Virus record (IMG/VR): IMGVR_UViG_3300047276_000181
Span: 3,256-67,255 of that record
Direction: 5' to 3' (one strand)
From: a virus
Length of the DNA: 64,000 bases
Below, piece after piece: positions 1 through 8,944 of the stretch. Position 1 is the first letter of the stretch. Each line of letters opens with the position of its first letter. The position numbers and the translations under genes were made by a program. Below the pieces are notes generated by a model that saw only the letters and a list, made by a program, of their open reading frames with translations, did no database searches and was not told the DNA's origin.

Positions 1-19
1 ACGACCTGCCGTTCTAACA

Positions 20-421
20 ATGGAGAAAGCAATCGCAGCGTTGCTGTGTTTTGAGTGGGGTCTTGGGCTGTTAAACGCCCAGCCCCGCTTCTTCACACAC
101 ACCTCAAGAAAGGGAGGCGCAGTATCTACTCAGATAATCTTCGGTAAGATATCGGGTAAGAGCATCGAGCTAGACACGCTACCAAACCCAGAGCACTTCG
201 AATTCTCTGTGATTGTAATCCCTGAGAAGAAAGGAAATAACGTTGTGTTGGTAAACAATAAGGGTCTGCTCGAGGTAATGCACGACAAGTGGTTCGTATT
301 AGCGACCGACTTGGTAAAAGTAATCAGAGCAAAAACCGAAATGGAATTCACCAATGCATCCAATTTATTTTCTAGAAATCGAGGTGTCGTACAAGAAGGG
401 CAAGCAGAACCTCAAGCGTAA
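20..421 (+). CDS. hypothetical protein (frame open back to the window edge, may be 5'-truncated)
   Basis: ORF co-oriented with the downstream operon; no motif recognised. Confidence 0.5.
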   Translation: MEKAIAALLCFEWGLGLLNAQPRFFTHTSRKGGAVSTQIIFGKISGKSIELDTLPNPEHFEFSVIVIPEKKGNNVVLVNNKGLLEVMHDKWFVLATDLVKVIRAKTEMEFTNASNLFSRNRGVVQEGQAEPQA

Positions 422-593
422 GGAGTGGGCAGTATCTAAGTACGACACGCCGTCAGGCATTATGATGTACGACGAGAAGACCGCCGATAGTTTGAGAGAA
501 CGAATCTTCGGAGCTGGTTACAAGGGAGATAAGTCGTTTATGATAACCAAGGTTAATGAAAAAAAGATAGTCGGATATGCCGCGAATAAATAA
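354..593 (+). CDS. hypothetical phage protein
   Basis: Overlaps both neighbours in an operon-like way. Confidence 0.55.
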   Translation: MHPIYFLEIEVSYKKGKQNLKRKEWAVSKYDTPSGIMMYDEKTADSLRERIFGAGYKGDKSFMITKVNEKKIVGYAANK

Positions 594-792
594 CCAAGAC
601 GAGGTTCTCGATATGCTAAGGACACTGACCGACGAGTTCGGTATGAGTCAGACGGCAGTCGCTAAGAACCTAAGATTAAGTAGGACCTCAGTCATTAACG
701 TTATGAACGGTCGTACTGCCATCACACAAAACTTCATCGACAGGATGAACAACTTCATTGATAAACTTAAAAACGAAATTCAGTATGAATGA
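577..792 (+). CDS. XRE/Cro-type helix-turn-helix DNA-binding protein
   Basis: GMSQTAVAKNLRLSRTSVINVMNGR HTH pattern. Confidence 0.8.
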   Translation: MPRINNQDEVLDMLRTLTDEFGMSQTAVAKNLRLSRTSVINVMNGRTAITQNFIDRMNNFIDKLKNEIQYE

Positions 793-1210
793 ATTCCTCT
801 ACTGGGACGACCCAGGCGATAGCCAAGAGACCGTTGATAGGCAAGAGAAGAAACATCTTGTCGCCGTCTACGGAACGCTGAAGGTCGGCAAGTCAAACAA
901 TATCTATCTGCGCGACTCAGTGTATATGGGTACTGCTAAAACAAAAGACCCGATGCGTCTATGCGTGATATCGCTTCCGTATATGATTCGTGGTTCACAC
1001 GATGAAGGCAAGAACGTTATGCTAGATGTTTACTACGTAGACGACACCACACTCGCGGCCTTAGACAGACTCGAAGGCCATCCAATATACTACCGAAGAG
1101 AAAAGATTGCACTCACGCCTGACCAGTCAATGTTTAACAGCGACTTCGATGCTTGGGTGTATATGGTTGGTGAAGAATATGACAATAACAAATACTACGA
1201 TGAGTTCTAA
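785..1210 (+). CDS. gamma-glutamylcyclotransferase (AIG2-like) family protein
   Basis: VAVYGTLK and LDRLEGHP..YRR motifs; ATG at 785 preferred. Confidence 0.85.
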   Translation: MNEFLYWDDPGDSQETVDRQEKKHLVAVYGTLKVGKSNNIYLRDSVYMGTAKTKDPMRLCVISLPYMIRGSHDEGKNVMLDVYYVDDTTLAALDRLEGHPIYYRREKIALTPDQSMFNSDFDAWVYMVGEEYDNNKYYDEF

Positions 1211-1601
1211 AGACAAGATTATAGAGGAGGCAGACCGGGTAAAGAACCTACTACTCAGAAAGAACGCCTCATACGGAGACAGCGCACTCAAACCTGCAAA
1301 CGTCTTCGCCAAAGGTTCAGCAGTTGAGAATCTATGCTCACGTATAGATGACAAACTGATGCGTATCAAGAATCGAGGCATCAATGTAGACACTACGGAT
1401 ACTATAGATGACTTGATTGGTTACCTAATTCTTTTAAACATAGCACTCAAAGATGTTAAATCCGAATCTACTGAAGAGGCAGGTGACAATGTTCGCCAAC
1501 ATAACGGAAACCAAGACACCACACTCAGTGTCAGTGGAGCAAGTTATTGGACGGACTCAAACACCAAACGAAAGTACATCTGGCCTGATATCGAAGATTA
1601 G
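1200..1601 (+). CDS. DUF1599 / nucleotide-modification-associated domain (MazG-like helical) protein, copy 1
   Basis: LLLRKNASYGDS...RIDDKLMRI...DTIDDLIGYLIL pattern; C-terminal tail overlaps the primase gene. Confidence 0.75.
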   Translation: MSSKDKIIEEADRVKNLLLRKNASYGDSALKPANVFAKGSAVENLCSRIDDKLMRIKNRGINVDTTDTIDDLIGYLILLNIALKDVKSESTEEAGDNVRQHNGNQDTTLSVSGASYWTDSNTKRKYIWPDIED

Positions 1602-3312
1602 GAGCGGAGAAAACGTTTCTGAGAACAAGAAGAGACTCCCCGTCATTTTATGGTCGGGGATTTTTTCTGAGCGCTCCGATAGCGCAATCGAAGAACACTC
1701 CGGCCTAATCGTAATAGACTTCGACCACGTAGATGTAGAGAACGTAAAGGCGTCACTGGCCTACGATGAGTATACCTTTATATGCTATACGTCACCCAGT
1801 GGCAATGGCGTAAAGGCGGTAATACAAATCAGCAACCCAGAGCGTCACCGTGACCACTTCCGTGCCGCAGTCAAATACTACGAGAACCAGTACGGTCTAT
1901 CAGTTGATACATCAGGTGTTAACGAGTCTCGTGCCTGCTACGAGTCATACGACCCCGATGTTCTCGTAAACCCGAACGCTAAGGTCTTCGGTCATATGTT
2001 GACCGAGCGTGCCGAAGCGCAGAAGGTGGAGGCACCTAAGGATGTAGTCACTGATTACGACAACCTGAATATCGCCGTACGTATGATTCGTAAGGCGGCA
2101 GACGGCGAGAAGCATTCGGTACTGCTACGTGCGGCTAGGCTGTGCGGTGGATACATTGAGATTGGCCGTATGGAGGAAGACGAGGTTCACCGCGTCCTAC
2201 TTCGTGAGATTCAAAAGAAGAATATCGAGTCAGTCGAGAACGCCAAGCAGACCATTGACTATGGCATACAGGAGGGCCGTAAGATGCCCATCAAGGAACT
2301 GCTCGAGGAGAGAGACAAGGCCCAGCGAGAGATGAAAATCAACGACGGTGATATGTCATTCATATCATCGGACGATGAGGACTTCCGTTGGATTAACGAC
2401 TTCGCCGAGGGTAGAATCAAGATGGGTCTCGATACCGGTGTTCCAGCACTTGATGAGCACTTCAGATTCAAGAAGAACTTCTCAATCATCAATGGTCACT
2501 CAAACATTGGCAAGACTACGTTCGCAGCATACCTTCAGGTCGTGTCCGCTATGCGCCACGGATGGAAGTGGATGATGTATACGAGTGAGAACAAGACCGC
2601 GTCTCAGAAGATGAAACTGATGTCCTTCGCTATGGGGATGGCAGTTAATCAGATGAACTATCAGCAACGTAAGATGGCGTTCGAGTGGGTGAATAAACAC
2701 TTCACGTTCATCGACAACAAGTCGGTGTACTCATACTCAGACATATTATTGTTTGCCGAGAAACTGATGCGTAACCAGGAGCTTGATGGAATCTTTATTG
2801 ACCCATATAACTCACTTCGTCGTGACATCGGAGCAGGAAGCAAGCTCGGCGTACACGAATACGATTACGAGGCTACGAGTGAGATGCTTACGTTCTCCAA
2901 TGCCCATAACGTGGCATTGTGGTTGAACACTCACGCAGTAACTGAGGCTCAGCGTATGAAGGGTGACGATGGTCTACCCATCGCTCCGTTCGCAGAACAG
3001 ACAGAGGGTGGCGGTAAGTTTGTGAACCGTGCTGATGACTTCTTCACGTTCCACAGAAAAATCCAACACCCTGACCCGACGATGCGTAAGACGGTTGAGT
3101 TTCACGTTCGTAAGGTTCGCGAGACTGAGACTGGAGGTTCACCGACCCCTCTCGACGGTCCGATACTATTTGAGATGAACTATAACGGCTCGGCCTTCTA
3201 TCACGTAGGTTCAGGCTCTAAGATGTTCACTCCACTGCACGAAGCTCAGAACACCGTACAGCAATTGCAGACTACGGATTTCGAGGTTGGTAGTGTAGAT
3301 GACGCATTCTAA
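1453..3312 (+). CDS. primase-helicase (BT4734/VirE N-terminal primase-like domain + DnaB/RecA-type helicase), copy 1
   Basis: KKRLP..SG.F, SGLIVIDFDH, SPSGNGVK, D.SG...SRACY.SYDP; Walker A GHSNIGKT; FIDPYN. Confidence 0.88.
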   Translation: MLNPNLLKRQVTMFANITETKTPHSVSVEQVIGRTQTPNESTSGLISKIRSGENVSENKKRLPVILWSGIFSERSDSAIEEHSGLIVIDFDHVDVENVKASLAYDEYTFICYTSPSGNGVKAVIQISNPERHRDHFRAAVKYYENQYGLSVDTSGVNESRACYESYDPDVLVNPNAKVFGHMLTERAEAQKVEAPKDVVTDYDNLNIAVRMIRKAADGEKHSVLLRAARLCGGYIEIGRMEEDEVHRVLLREIQKKNIESVENAKQTIDYGIQEGRKMPIKELLEERDKAQREMKINDGDMSFISSDDEDFRWINDFAEGRIKMGLDTGVPALDEHFRFKKNFSIINGHSNIGKTTFAAYLQVVSAMRHGWKWMMYTSENKTASQKMKLMSFAMGMAVNQMNYQQRKMAFEWVNKHFTFIDNKSVYSYSDILLFAEKLMRNQELDGIFIDPYNSLRRDIGAGSKLGVHEYDYEATSEMLTFSNAHNVALWLNTHAVTEAQRMKGDDGLPIAPFAEQTEGGGKFVNRADDFFTFHRKIQHPDPTMRKTVEFHVRKVRETETGGSPTPLDGPILFEMNYNGSAFYHVGSGSKMFTPLHEAQNTVQQLQTTDFEVGSVDDAF

Positions 3313-3326
3313 TTATACATTTGAGA

Positions 3327-3770
3327 ATGCCACGCAAGAAAACAGGCGCAGTAAGGAGCAAGAAGAAGACTATTGACGGCATTACGTTCGCGTCAACGCT
3401 CGAATCGTATTGCTATACGTCTTTGAAATCCAACGGATTAGAATTCAAATACGAAGGCGAGTCGATAACTCTGATTCCCTCCTTCGCCCCTGTTGATGGA
3501 TACTATAAGTCAGTGCTAAAAAAGAAGAATCTTGTACACGCAGGCTCTAGGAAACTACTTCCTATAACCTATAAACCTGATTTTGTTTCTCATAGCCAGA
3601 AGTTTTATATCGAAACTAAAGGCTTCGTACCATCACAGCACACCTTCACTATTAGGTGGAAGCTGTTCCTTAAGTGGCTAAACGATAACAATATGTCCGA
3701 CTATAAGGTGTTCCTGGTGAAGAATCAGTCACAAGTAGATGAGGCAATAAAGATTATTACGAATGGATAA
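3327..3770 (+). CDS. T7 endonuclease I-like / PD-(D/E)XK resolvase
   Basis: DGITFASTLE, ITYKPDF, YIETKG motifs; TACATTTG promoter box at 3316-3323. Confidence 0.8.
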   Translation: MPRKKTGAVRSKKKTIDGITFASTLESYCYTSLKSNGLEFKYEGESITLIPSFAPVDGYYKSVLKKKNLVHAGSRKLLPITYKPDFVSHSQKFYIETKGFVPSQHTFTIRWKLFLKWLNDNNMSDYKVFLVKNQSQVDEAIKIITNG

Positions 3771-3972
3771 TAAGAAGCTATCACAGATGTACTTCTTGTC
3801 CTGCGACAGAATCCAACAGGAGGCTACGATTCTATACGAAGCGTTGCACGACTATGCTGGTAACGCAGTAGAGAAGGAGGATTTCGTGAGACACCTCTGT
3901 TCGAACTTCACACTGAAGGTTCGCGCTGAGCTCGAAGGAATCAAGGCAGCCTGTAAGGAAGTAAACGAATGA
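3763..3972 (+). CDS. hypothetical protein
   Basis: Overlapping start/stop with both neighbours. Confidence 0.6.
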   Translation: MDNKKLSQMYFLSCDRIQQEATILYEALHDYAGNAVEKEDFVRHLCSNFTLKVRAELEGIKAACKEVNE

Positions 3973-4454
3973 GGCTTTCAGGAAAGTATGGTGAGTCATT
4001 ATGGGCTGACTATATGAAATCTAAAGGGTACTCAGTTAAGAATGCTCCTACGGGTGCTCCATTCTACGATTGGGATATAGAGGCCACAAAAGATGGCAGA
4101 GTAGTAACCTTTGAAGTCAAATATGACGAGAAGGCTTATTGGTGGGCCAAACGGAGAGGTAAGCCAAATGAACCTAATCTATACATTGAATTCCGAAATA
4201 CGAACAAGGGTATGGATAGCGGAATACTTGCCTCTATAGCAGACTATTATATCTACATAATGAAGGAAGACAATGACAGGGCATACGTATTCCGAAGGGA
4301 AGAACTATGCTCGTTATGTATGGCGTCAGAGTTTAAGGTCGTAGGTAACGCTTCAACCGGAGACGATAATGCCGAGGGTTGGATACCTCCATTGAGTGAG
4401 ATATTAAAGCACGAAAATGTTTTTGTGAAGTCTATTTTGCTAAGCGAAGTTTAG
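3969..4454 (+). CDS. PD-(D/E)XK nuclease-fold protein
   Basis: WDI...TFEVKYD...NLYIEF...SGI..S.ADY pattern. Confidence 0.7.
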   Translation: MRLSGKYGESLWADYMKSKGYSVKNAPTGAPFYDWDIEATKDGRVVTFEVKYDEKAYWWAKRRGKPNEPNLYIEFRNTNKGMDSGILASIADYYIYIMKEDNDRAYVFRREELCSLCMASEFKVVGNASTGDDNAEGWIPPLSEILKHENVFVKSILLSEV

Positions 4455-4483
4455 ATAAGCTAACATATATTCGCACTCCTTTT

Positions 4484-4509
4484 GGGTCACTTCGCGTGGC
4501 CCTTTTTTG
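4484..4509 (+). terminator. intrinsic terminator-like hairpin upstream of nrdB
   Basis: GGGTCAC-TTCGC-GTGGCCC followed by a T-run. Confidence 0.6.
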
Positions 4510-4531
4510 TCTAACGTAAAAACCAGAGGCT

Positions 4532-5521
4532 ATGCTATTTGAAGAACGCATCCCCTACAAACCATTCGAATATCCAATCTATTACACTGAGGGCTGGTTG
4601 AAGCAGGCTCAGGCTTTCTGGCTCCATACGGAGATATCAATGCAGAACGACGTGAAGGACTTTCGCGAGAATCTTAGTGATAGTGAACGCAACCTCGTGG
4701 GGAATATCCTGCTAGGATTCGCTCAGACAGAGACGGCAGTTGGCGACTACTGGACAAGTATGGTGACGCGTTGGTTCCCCAAGCACGAGATTAAGCAGAT
4801 GGCTATGATGTTTGGCTCACAGGAGACAATCCACGCCGCCGCTTACAGCTACCTCAATGAGACACTCGGACTTGAGAACTTCGAGGCGTTCCTTCACGAG
4901 CCTGCGACCGCGGCACGTTTTGAGAACCTAGTAAACACTAAGGCTGGATACGACCACAATATGCTGGCAGTATGCCCGAAGTGCCGTGAGGATGTGGCTC
5001 GCTCGATTGCCGTGTTCTCTGCATTCGCTGAGGGTGTATCTCTGTACTCATCGTTCGCTGTGCTATACTCATTCCAGATGCGTAACCTACTCAAGGGCAT
5101 CGGTCAGCAGATGAAGTGGAGCGTGCGTGATGAATCGTTGCACTCTAAGATGGGATGTGCACTGTTCAATCACCTATGCGAGGAATACCCAACCATCCGC
5201 ATTCAGGTTCGTAAGAGCGTAGAGGAGGCGGCTCGAGTAGCAGTTGAGATGGAGATTAACTTCATTGAGAAGATGTTCGAGATGGGAGACCTCGAGAACT
5301 TGAAGTCTGATGACCTTAAGGAATTCATCAAGAAAAGAGCCAACGAAAAGTTGCAGGAGCTAGGGTACGAAAGTATCTTTGAGTTCGATAACAAGAAGGC
5401 AGCAGAGCTGGACTGGTTTTATCACCTCACAGGTGGACTGACGCACACTGACTTCTTCGCTATCCGCCCTACGGACTACTCGAAGGCTAACGAAGGTGAA
5501 GATTTTGAAGACATTTGGTAA
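4532..5521 (+). CDS. nrdB: ribonucleotide reductase class I beta subunit
   Basis: FW...EI, ETIHAAAY, EG..LYSSF and RDESLH dimetal motifs; C-terminal DFFAIRPTDY. Confidence 0.95.
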   Translation: MLFEERIPYKPFEYPIYYTEGWLKQAQAFWLHTEISMQNDVKDFRENLSDSERNLVGNILLGFAQTETAVGDYWTSMVTRWFPKHEIKQMAMMFGSQETIHAAAYSYLNETLGLENFEAFLHEPATAARFENLVNTKAGYDHNMLAVCPKCREDVARSIAVFSAFAEGVSLYSSFAVLYSFQMRNLLKGIGQQMKWSVRDESLHSKMGCALFNHLCEEYPTIRIQVRKSVEEAARVAVEMEINFIEKMFEMGDLENLKSDDLKEFIKKRANEKLQELGYESIFEFDNKKAAELDWFYHLTGGLTHTDFFAIRPTDYSKANEGEDFEDIW

Positions 5522-5531
5522 AACTAATTTT

Positions 5532-5840
5532 ATGAATAACAACATAATTGCTGGCATCGTATTCCGCGAGGTCAAGGCAGAGTACGGCGTAACTGCCGCT
5601 CAAATCAAAAGCAAAACTCGTATGGCCCACATCCGCGAGGCAAGACAAGTGTTCACTCAACTTATGCGTGAGCATTCGTCTATGACGCTAGAAGATATCG
5701 GTCTGATGGTAAATAGAGACCACTCAACCATATCTACTACGACTAAGGTTGTACAGGACCAGATTGACACGAACGCTGGATACAAAAAGCGCTACAATCG
5801 TATCAAGTCTAACATCAAATTTCAAATCGAAAATGTCTAA
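5532..5840 (+). CDS. DnaA C-terminal (domain IV)-like HTH protein
   Basis: KSKTR..HIREARQV...L..IG....RDHSTI matches the DnaA domain IV signature. Confidence 0.8.
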   Translation: MNNNIIAGIVFREVKAEYGVTAAQIKSKTRMAHIREARQVFTQLMREHSSMTLEDIGLMVNRDHSTISTTTKVVQDQIDTNAGYKKRYNRIKSNIKFQIENV

Positions 5841-7611
5841 GAATTTCGCGGAGCACCTCGGATGGGAGGTTGGAGTTGACTTCCCTGAGTGGGGCAATAC
5901 CGAAGAGTACGTAAAGACGATATCCAGAGGTTACCTCATCAACGATGAGAAGCCAAAGGATGCGTACCTGCGAGTCGCTAGAGCGGCCGCTAATCGTCTT
6001 AATCGTCCTGATTTGACGGACAAGTTCTATGAGTTCATCTGGAACAACTGGCTCGGTCTGGCCACGCCCGTATTAGCTAATATGGGAACAGACCGTGGAC
6101 TGCCTATCTCTTGTTTCGGTGTGGACGTTGGTGACAGCATCCACGATATCGGAATGAAGAATCTCGAGACTATGTTGCTGGCGAAGCACGGAGGCGGCGT
6201 CGGTATCGGAGTGAATATGCTCCGTCCGGCAGGTTCTCCTATCTCCAACAGCAACGGAACAACCGACGGTGTGGTTCCCTTCTGTAAGATTTATGACTCG
6301 ACAATCCTAGCAACGTCTCAGGGTAACGTTCGTCGCGGTGCGGCATCAGTAAACCTGAACATCGAACACGGCGACTTCTGGGAGTGGATTGAGATTCGTG
6401 AACCTAAAGGTGACGTTAACCGTCAGTGTCTCAACCTGCACCAATCAGTCATCGTATCGGATAAGTTTATGCGTAAGCTTGAAGAGGGTGACGATGAGGC
6501 TCGTAAGCGCTGGGCTAAGGTTCTACAGAAGCGTAAGGCTACAGGAGAGCCGTACATTATGTTCAGAGGCAACGTAAACAAGCAGAACCCGGAGATGTAC
6601 AAGCATAACGGACTTAAAGTCTTTATGACCAACATCTGCTCTGAGATTACGTTGTATACCGACGAGTCACACAGTTTCGTTTGCTGTTTGTCTTCACTCA
6701 ACCTCGCTAAGTACGACGAGTGGAAGGACACAGACGTTGTATACTACTCCACGTTGTTTCTAGATGGCGTGCTTGAGGAGTTCATTCAGAAAGCCAAGAA
6801 TATGAAGGGCTTCGAAAATTCGGTTCGCTCCGCTGAAAAGGGACGGGCACTTGGCCTGGGCGTACTTGGATGGCACACCTACTTGCAGCAACGTGGAATC
6901 CCATTTGAGGGCCTACAGGCTCAGATTGAGACGCGTAGAATCTTCTCGCAGATTAAGCTGGAATCAGAACGTGCTAGCCGTGATATGGCTAAGATGTTCG
7001 GAGAGCCGCTTTGGTGCCGTGGATTCGGTATGCGTAACACGCACCTTCGTGCCATCGCTCCGACTGTATCAAATAGTAAGCTGAGCGGTAACGTAAGTGC
7101 TGGAATCGAGCCGTGGGCCGCTAACGTATTCACTGAGCAGTCGGCTAAGGGTACGTTCATCAGAAAGAACCCTACGCTTGAGCGTGTGCTTCGTCGAGTA
7201 GGAATCAACAACAAGGAGACTTGGGACCAGATTCTCGCCGACGGAGGTTCAGTTCAAGGTATAGCCGCACTGGACGAGTGGTTCTACCAGAAAGGTAAAC
7301 TGGTTCACAAGAACGAGCTTGACCCTATGGTTGACCCTGTAGCAGTGAAGGACGTATATAAGACGTTCAAGGAGATAAATCAGTTGGATTTGATTAAGCA
7401 GGCGGGAATTCGTCAGCAGTACATCGACCAGTCTGTATCCCTGAACCTTGCGTTCCCTACTGAGGCCACACCTAAGTGGATTAATCAAGTCCATATGGAG
7501 GCGTGGAATCAGGGCATCAAAACGCTGTACTATATGCGTACAGAGTCGGTGCTGAGGGGCGATATCGCTACGAGAGCTATGGACCCTGATTGTGTTAGTT
7601 GTGATGGCTAG
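5833..7611 (+). CDS. nrdA: ribonucleotide reductase class I alpha subunit (no N-terminal ATP cone evident)
   Basis: PISCF, GGGVG, TNICSEI, VCCLSSLNL, AIAPTVS, KTLYY and C-terminal CVSCDG. Confidence 0.95.
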   Translation: MSKNFAEHLGWEVGVDFPEWGNTEEYVKTISRGYLINDEKPKDAYLRVARAAANRLNRPDLTDKFYEFIWNNWLGLATPVLANMGTDRGLPISCFGVDVGDSIHDIGMKNLETMLLAKHGGGVGIGVNMLRPAGSPISNSNGTTDGVVPFCKIYDSTILATSQGNVRRGAASVNLNIEHGDFWEWIEIREPKGDVNRQCLNLHQSVIVSDKFMRKLEEGDDEARKRWAKVLQKRKATGEPYIMFRGNVNKQNPEMYKHNGLKVFMTNICSEITLYTDESHSFVCCLSSLNLAKYDEWKDTDVVYYSTLFLDGVLEEFIQKAKNMKGFENSVRSAEKGRALGLGVLGWHTYLQQRGIPFEGLQAQIETRRIFSQIKLESERASRDMAKMFGEPLWCRGFGMRNTHLRAIAPTVSNSKLSGNVSAGIEPWAANVFTEQSAKGTFIRKNPTLERVLRRVGINNKETWDQILADGGSVQGIAALDEWFYQKGKLVHKNELDPMVDPVAVKDVYKTFKEINQLDLIKQAGIRQQYIDQSVSLNLAFPTEATPKWINQVHMEAWNQGIKTLYYMRTESVLRGDIATRAMDPDCVSCDG

Positions 7612-7744
7612 TCCCTGTAGTAATTACGATAGAGACTTCGACTGGGAAAAGGAAGAGGAGGAGCTGAACAAGAGGATGAATATCATCGGACAGAACGGCA
7701 ACACCGGCGAACATTACCCAGAGTTCGAAGACGAAGATAAATAG
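7604..7744 (+). CDS. small acidic phage protein (46 aa)
   Basis: Read from the sequence: MASPCSNYDRDFDWEKEEEELNKRMNIIGQNGNTGEHYPEFEDEDK; overlaps the nrdA stop. Confidence 0.6.
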   Translation: MASPCSNYDRDFDWEKEEEELNKRMNIIGQNGNTGEHYPEFEDEDK

Positions 7745-7890
7745 TGCCTTGTTTGTTTAAGATGCTTCTCGGATGTCTTCGGGAATGATGGGTATCCTCC
7801 CTTAATTGGGCAAATTGTCAACAAACCAAGGCTTCCTGATTCAACAGGCAATAAGGATATCAAAGACTGACCACTCGGAAAGACGAGTAT

Positions 7891-7963
<73 letters not shown>

Positions 7964-7966
7964 CTT

Positions 7967-8040
7967 GCCCCCATAGCTCAATTGGATAGAGCAACGCACT
8001 TCTAATGCGTAGGTTACAGGTTCGATTCCTGTTGGGGGTA
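7967..8040 (+). tRNA. tRNA-Arg(TCT)
   Basis: ACGCA-CTTCTAA-TGCGT anticodon arm, GGTTCGATTCC T loop, GCCCCCA/TGGGGGT acceptor. Confidence 0.92.
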
Positions 8041-8081
8041 CTATTGCATATGTGGACTACGTTAATTACCTTTGTTTCACT

Positions 8082-8291
8082 ATGAAGAAATGCAACAAGT
8101 GTGGAGTAGAACACCGCAACGAGTTCTTCGCTTGGAAGAACAAGGAGGAAGGTATTCGTCACTCAACCTGCAAATTCTGCTATGCGGAGTTCTCTAGAGA
8201 ATGGCGCAAGAAGCGGAAGAAGGAACTCGAAGACGAGGCAAGCTCACCTACCTTTTGGGAGCGTGTGGTTAGCTTCATTACAGGTTCCTGA
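8082..8291 (+). CDS. small Cys-rich (CxxC...CxxC) zinc-finger protein
   Basis: KKCNKC...TCKFC; TACCTTTG promoter box at 8067-8074. Confidence 0.65.
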   Translation: MKKCNKCGVEHRNEFFAWKNKEEGIRHSTCKFCYAEFSREWRKKRKKELEDEASSPTFWERVVSFITGS

Positions 8292-8337
8292 GCAGTTAGA
8301 GCGACACTCCACTGGCTTTACTGAACAATAACGGATA

Positions 8338-8368
8338 GGCCCCTCGTGTAGGGGCTCTTCGTGTTTTC
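8338..8368. terminator. hairpin between convergent transcription blocks
   Basis: GGCCCCT-CGTGT-AGGGGCT hairpin at the +/- strand switch. Confidence 0.55.
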
Positions 8369-8370
8369 TG

Positions 8371-8511
8371 TTAGCCCTGCCCACGGCTCGGCTTCTTGTA
8401 TAGCTTAGAAGACTTGAGCACTGAGGTCTTGTTTTTAGCGTGCACTCCTGGACGCTTCTTTTTGGGCTTGGCTTGGAATACCGTAGCAGTTTGAGCTTTT
8501 AGCTTTGCCAT
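8371..8511 (-). CDS. small basic protein (46 aa)
   Basis: Read from the sequence: MAKLKAQ...KKRPGVHAK...KKPSRGQG; start overlaps the upstream stop. Confidence 0.6.
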   Translation of the reverse strand: MAKLKAQTATVFQAKPKKKRPGVHAKNKTSVLKSSKLYKKPSRGQG

Positions 8512-8933
8512 TATCGTGTGAATCTATAAAGGAACATCATAACAGTTAGCCCGAAAGCAAGTAGTGCGATAAGGTAATTCTTCACCTTATCCATACCAGT
8601 CTCCGGCATAACAATCTGAGGAGGACACTCAGCCTGAACGCTGACCGGGACCTCTATCTCTTTTACTTGCGTCTTGACAATAAGTTTGTCCTGATACTTC
8701 GTGATAACAATACGGACCGTATCGTTCTCAATTACCGAAGAATCCGCGTCAGTTGGTACCGATACCGTATCAGTAAGATAAATCGGCGGAGTCACAATCG
8801 TATCCCATATCGTAACAACCGTGGGCTTCAAAATCGACGGGTCCTTGCGGACCGCTGTCTTTAGATGCCATCCTGCTGAGCATCCACTGAGCAAGAGGAC
8901 TGATAGACAAATCAAACATAACTTATTGAACAT
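8511..8933 (-). CDS. lipoprotein with C-terminal TM helix (spanin-like)
   Basis: Lipobox LLLSGC and hydrophobic C-terminus; promoter box 3 nt upstream of ATG 8933. Confidence 0.6.
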   Translation of the reverse strand: MFNKLCLICLSVLLLSGCSAGWHLKTAVRKDPSILKPTVVTIWDTIVTPPIYLTDTVSVPTDADSSVIENDTVRIVITKYQDKLIVKTQVKEIEVPVSVQAECPPQIVMPETGMDKVKNYLIALLAFGLTVMMFLYRFTR

Positions 8934-8944
8934 AAGCAAATTTA

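Noticed and set aside
4532-7611. Inteins or introns in nrdA/nrdB (also checked in terL and the primases)
   Set aside because: Protein lengths and motif spacing are normal; no splice-junction or LAGLIDADG motifs seen
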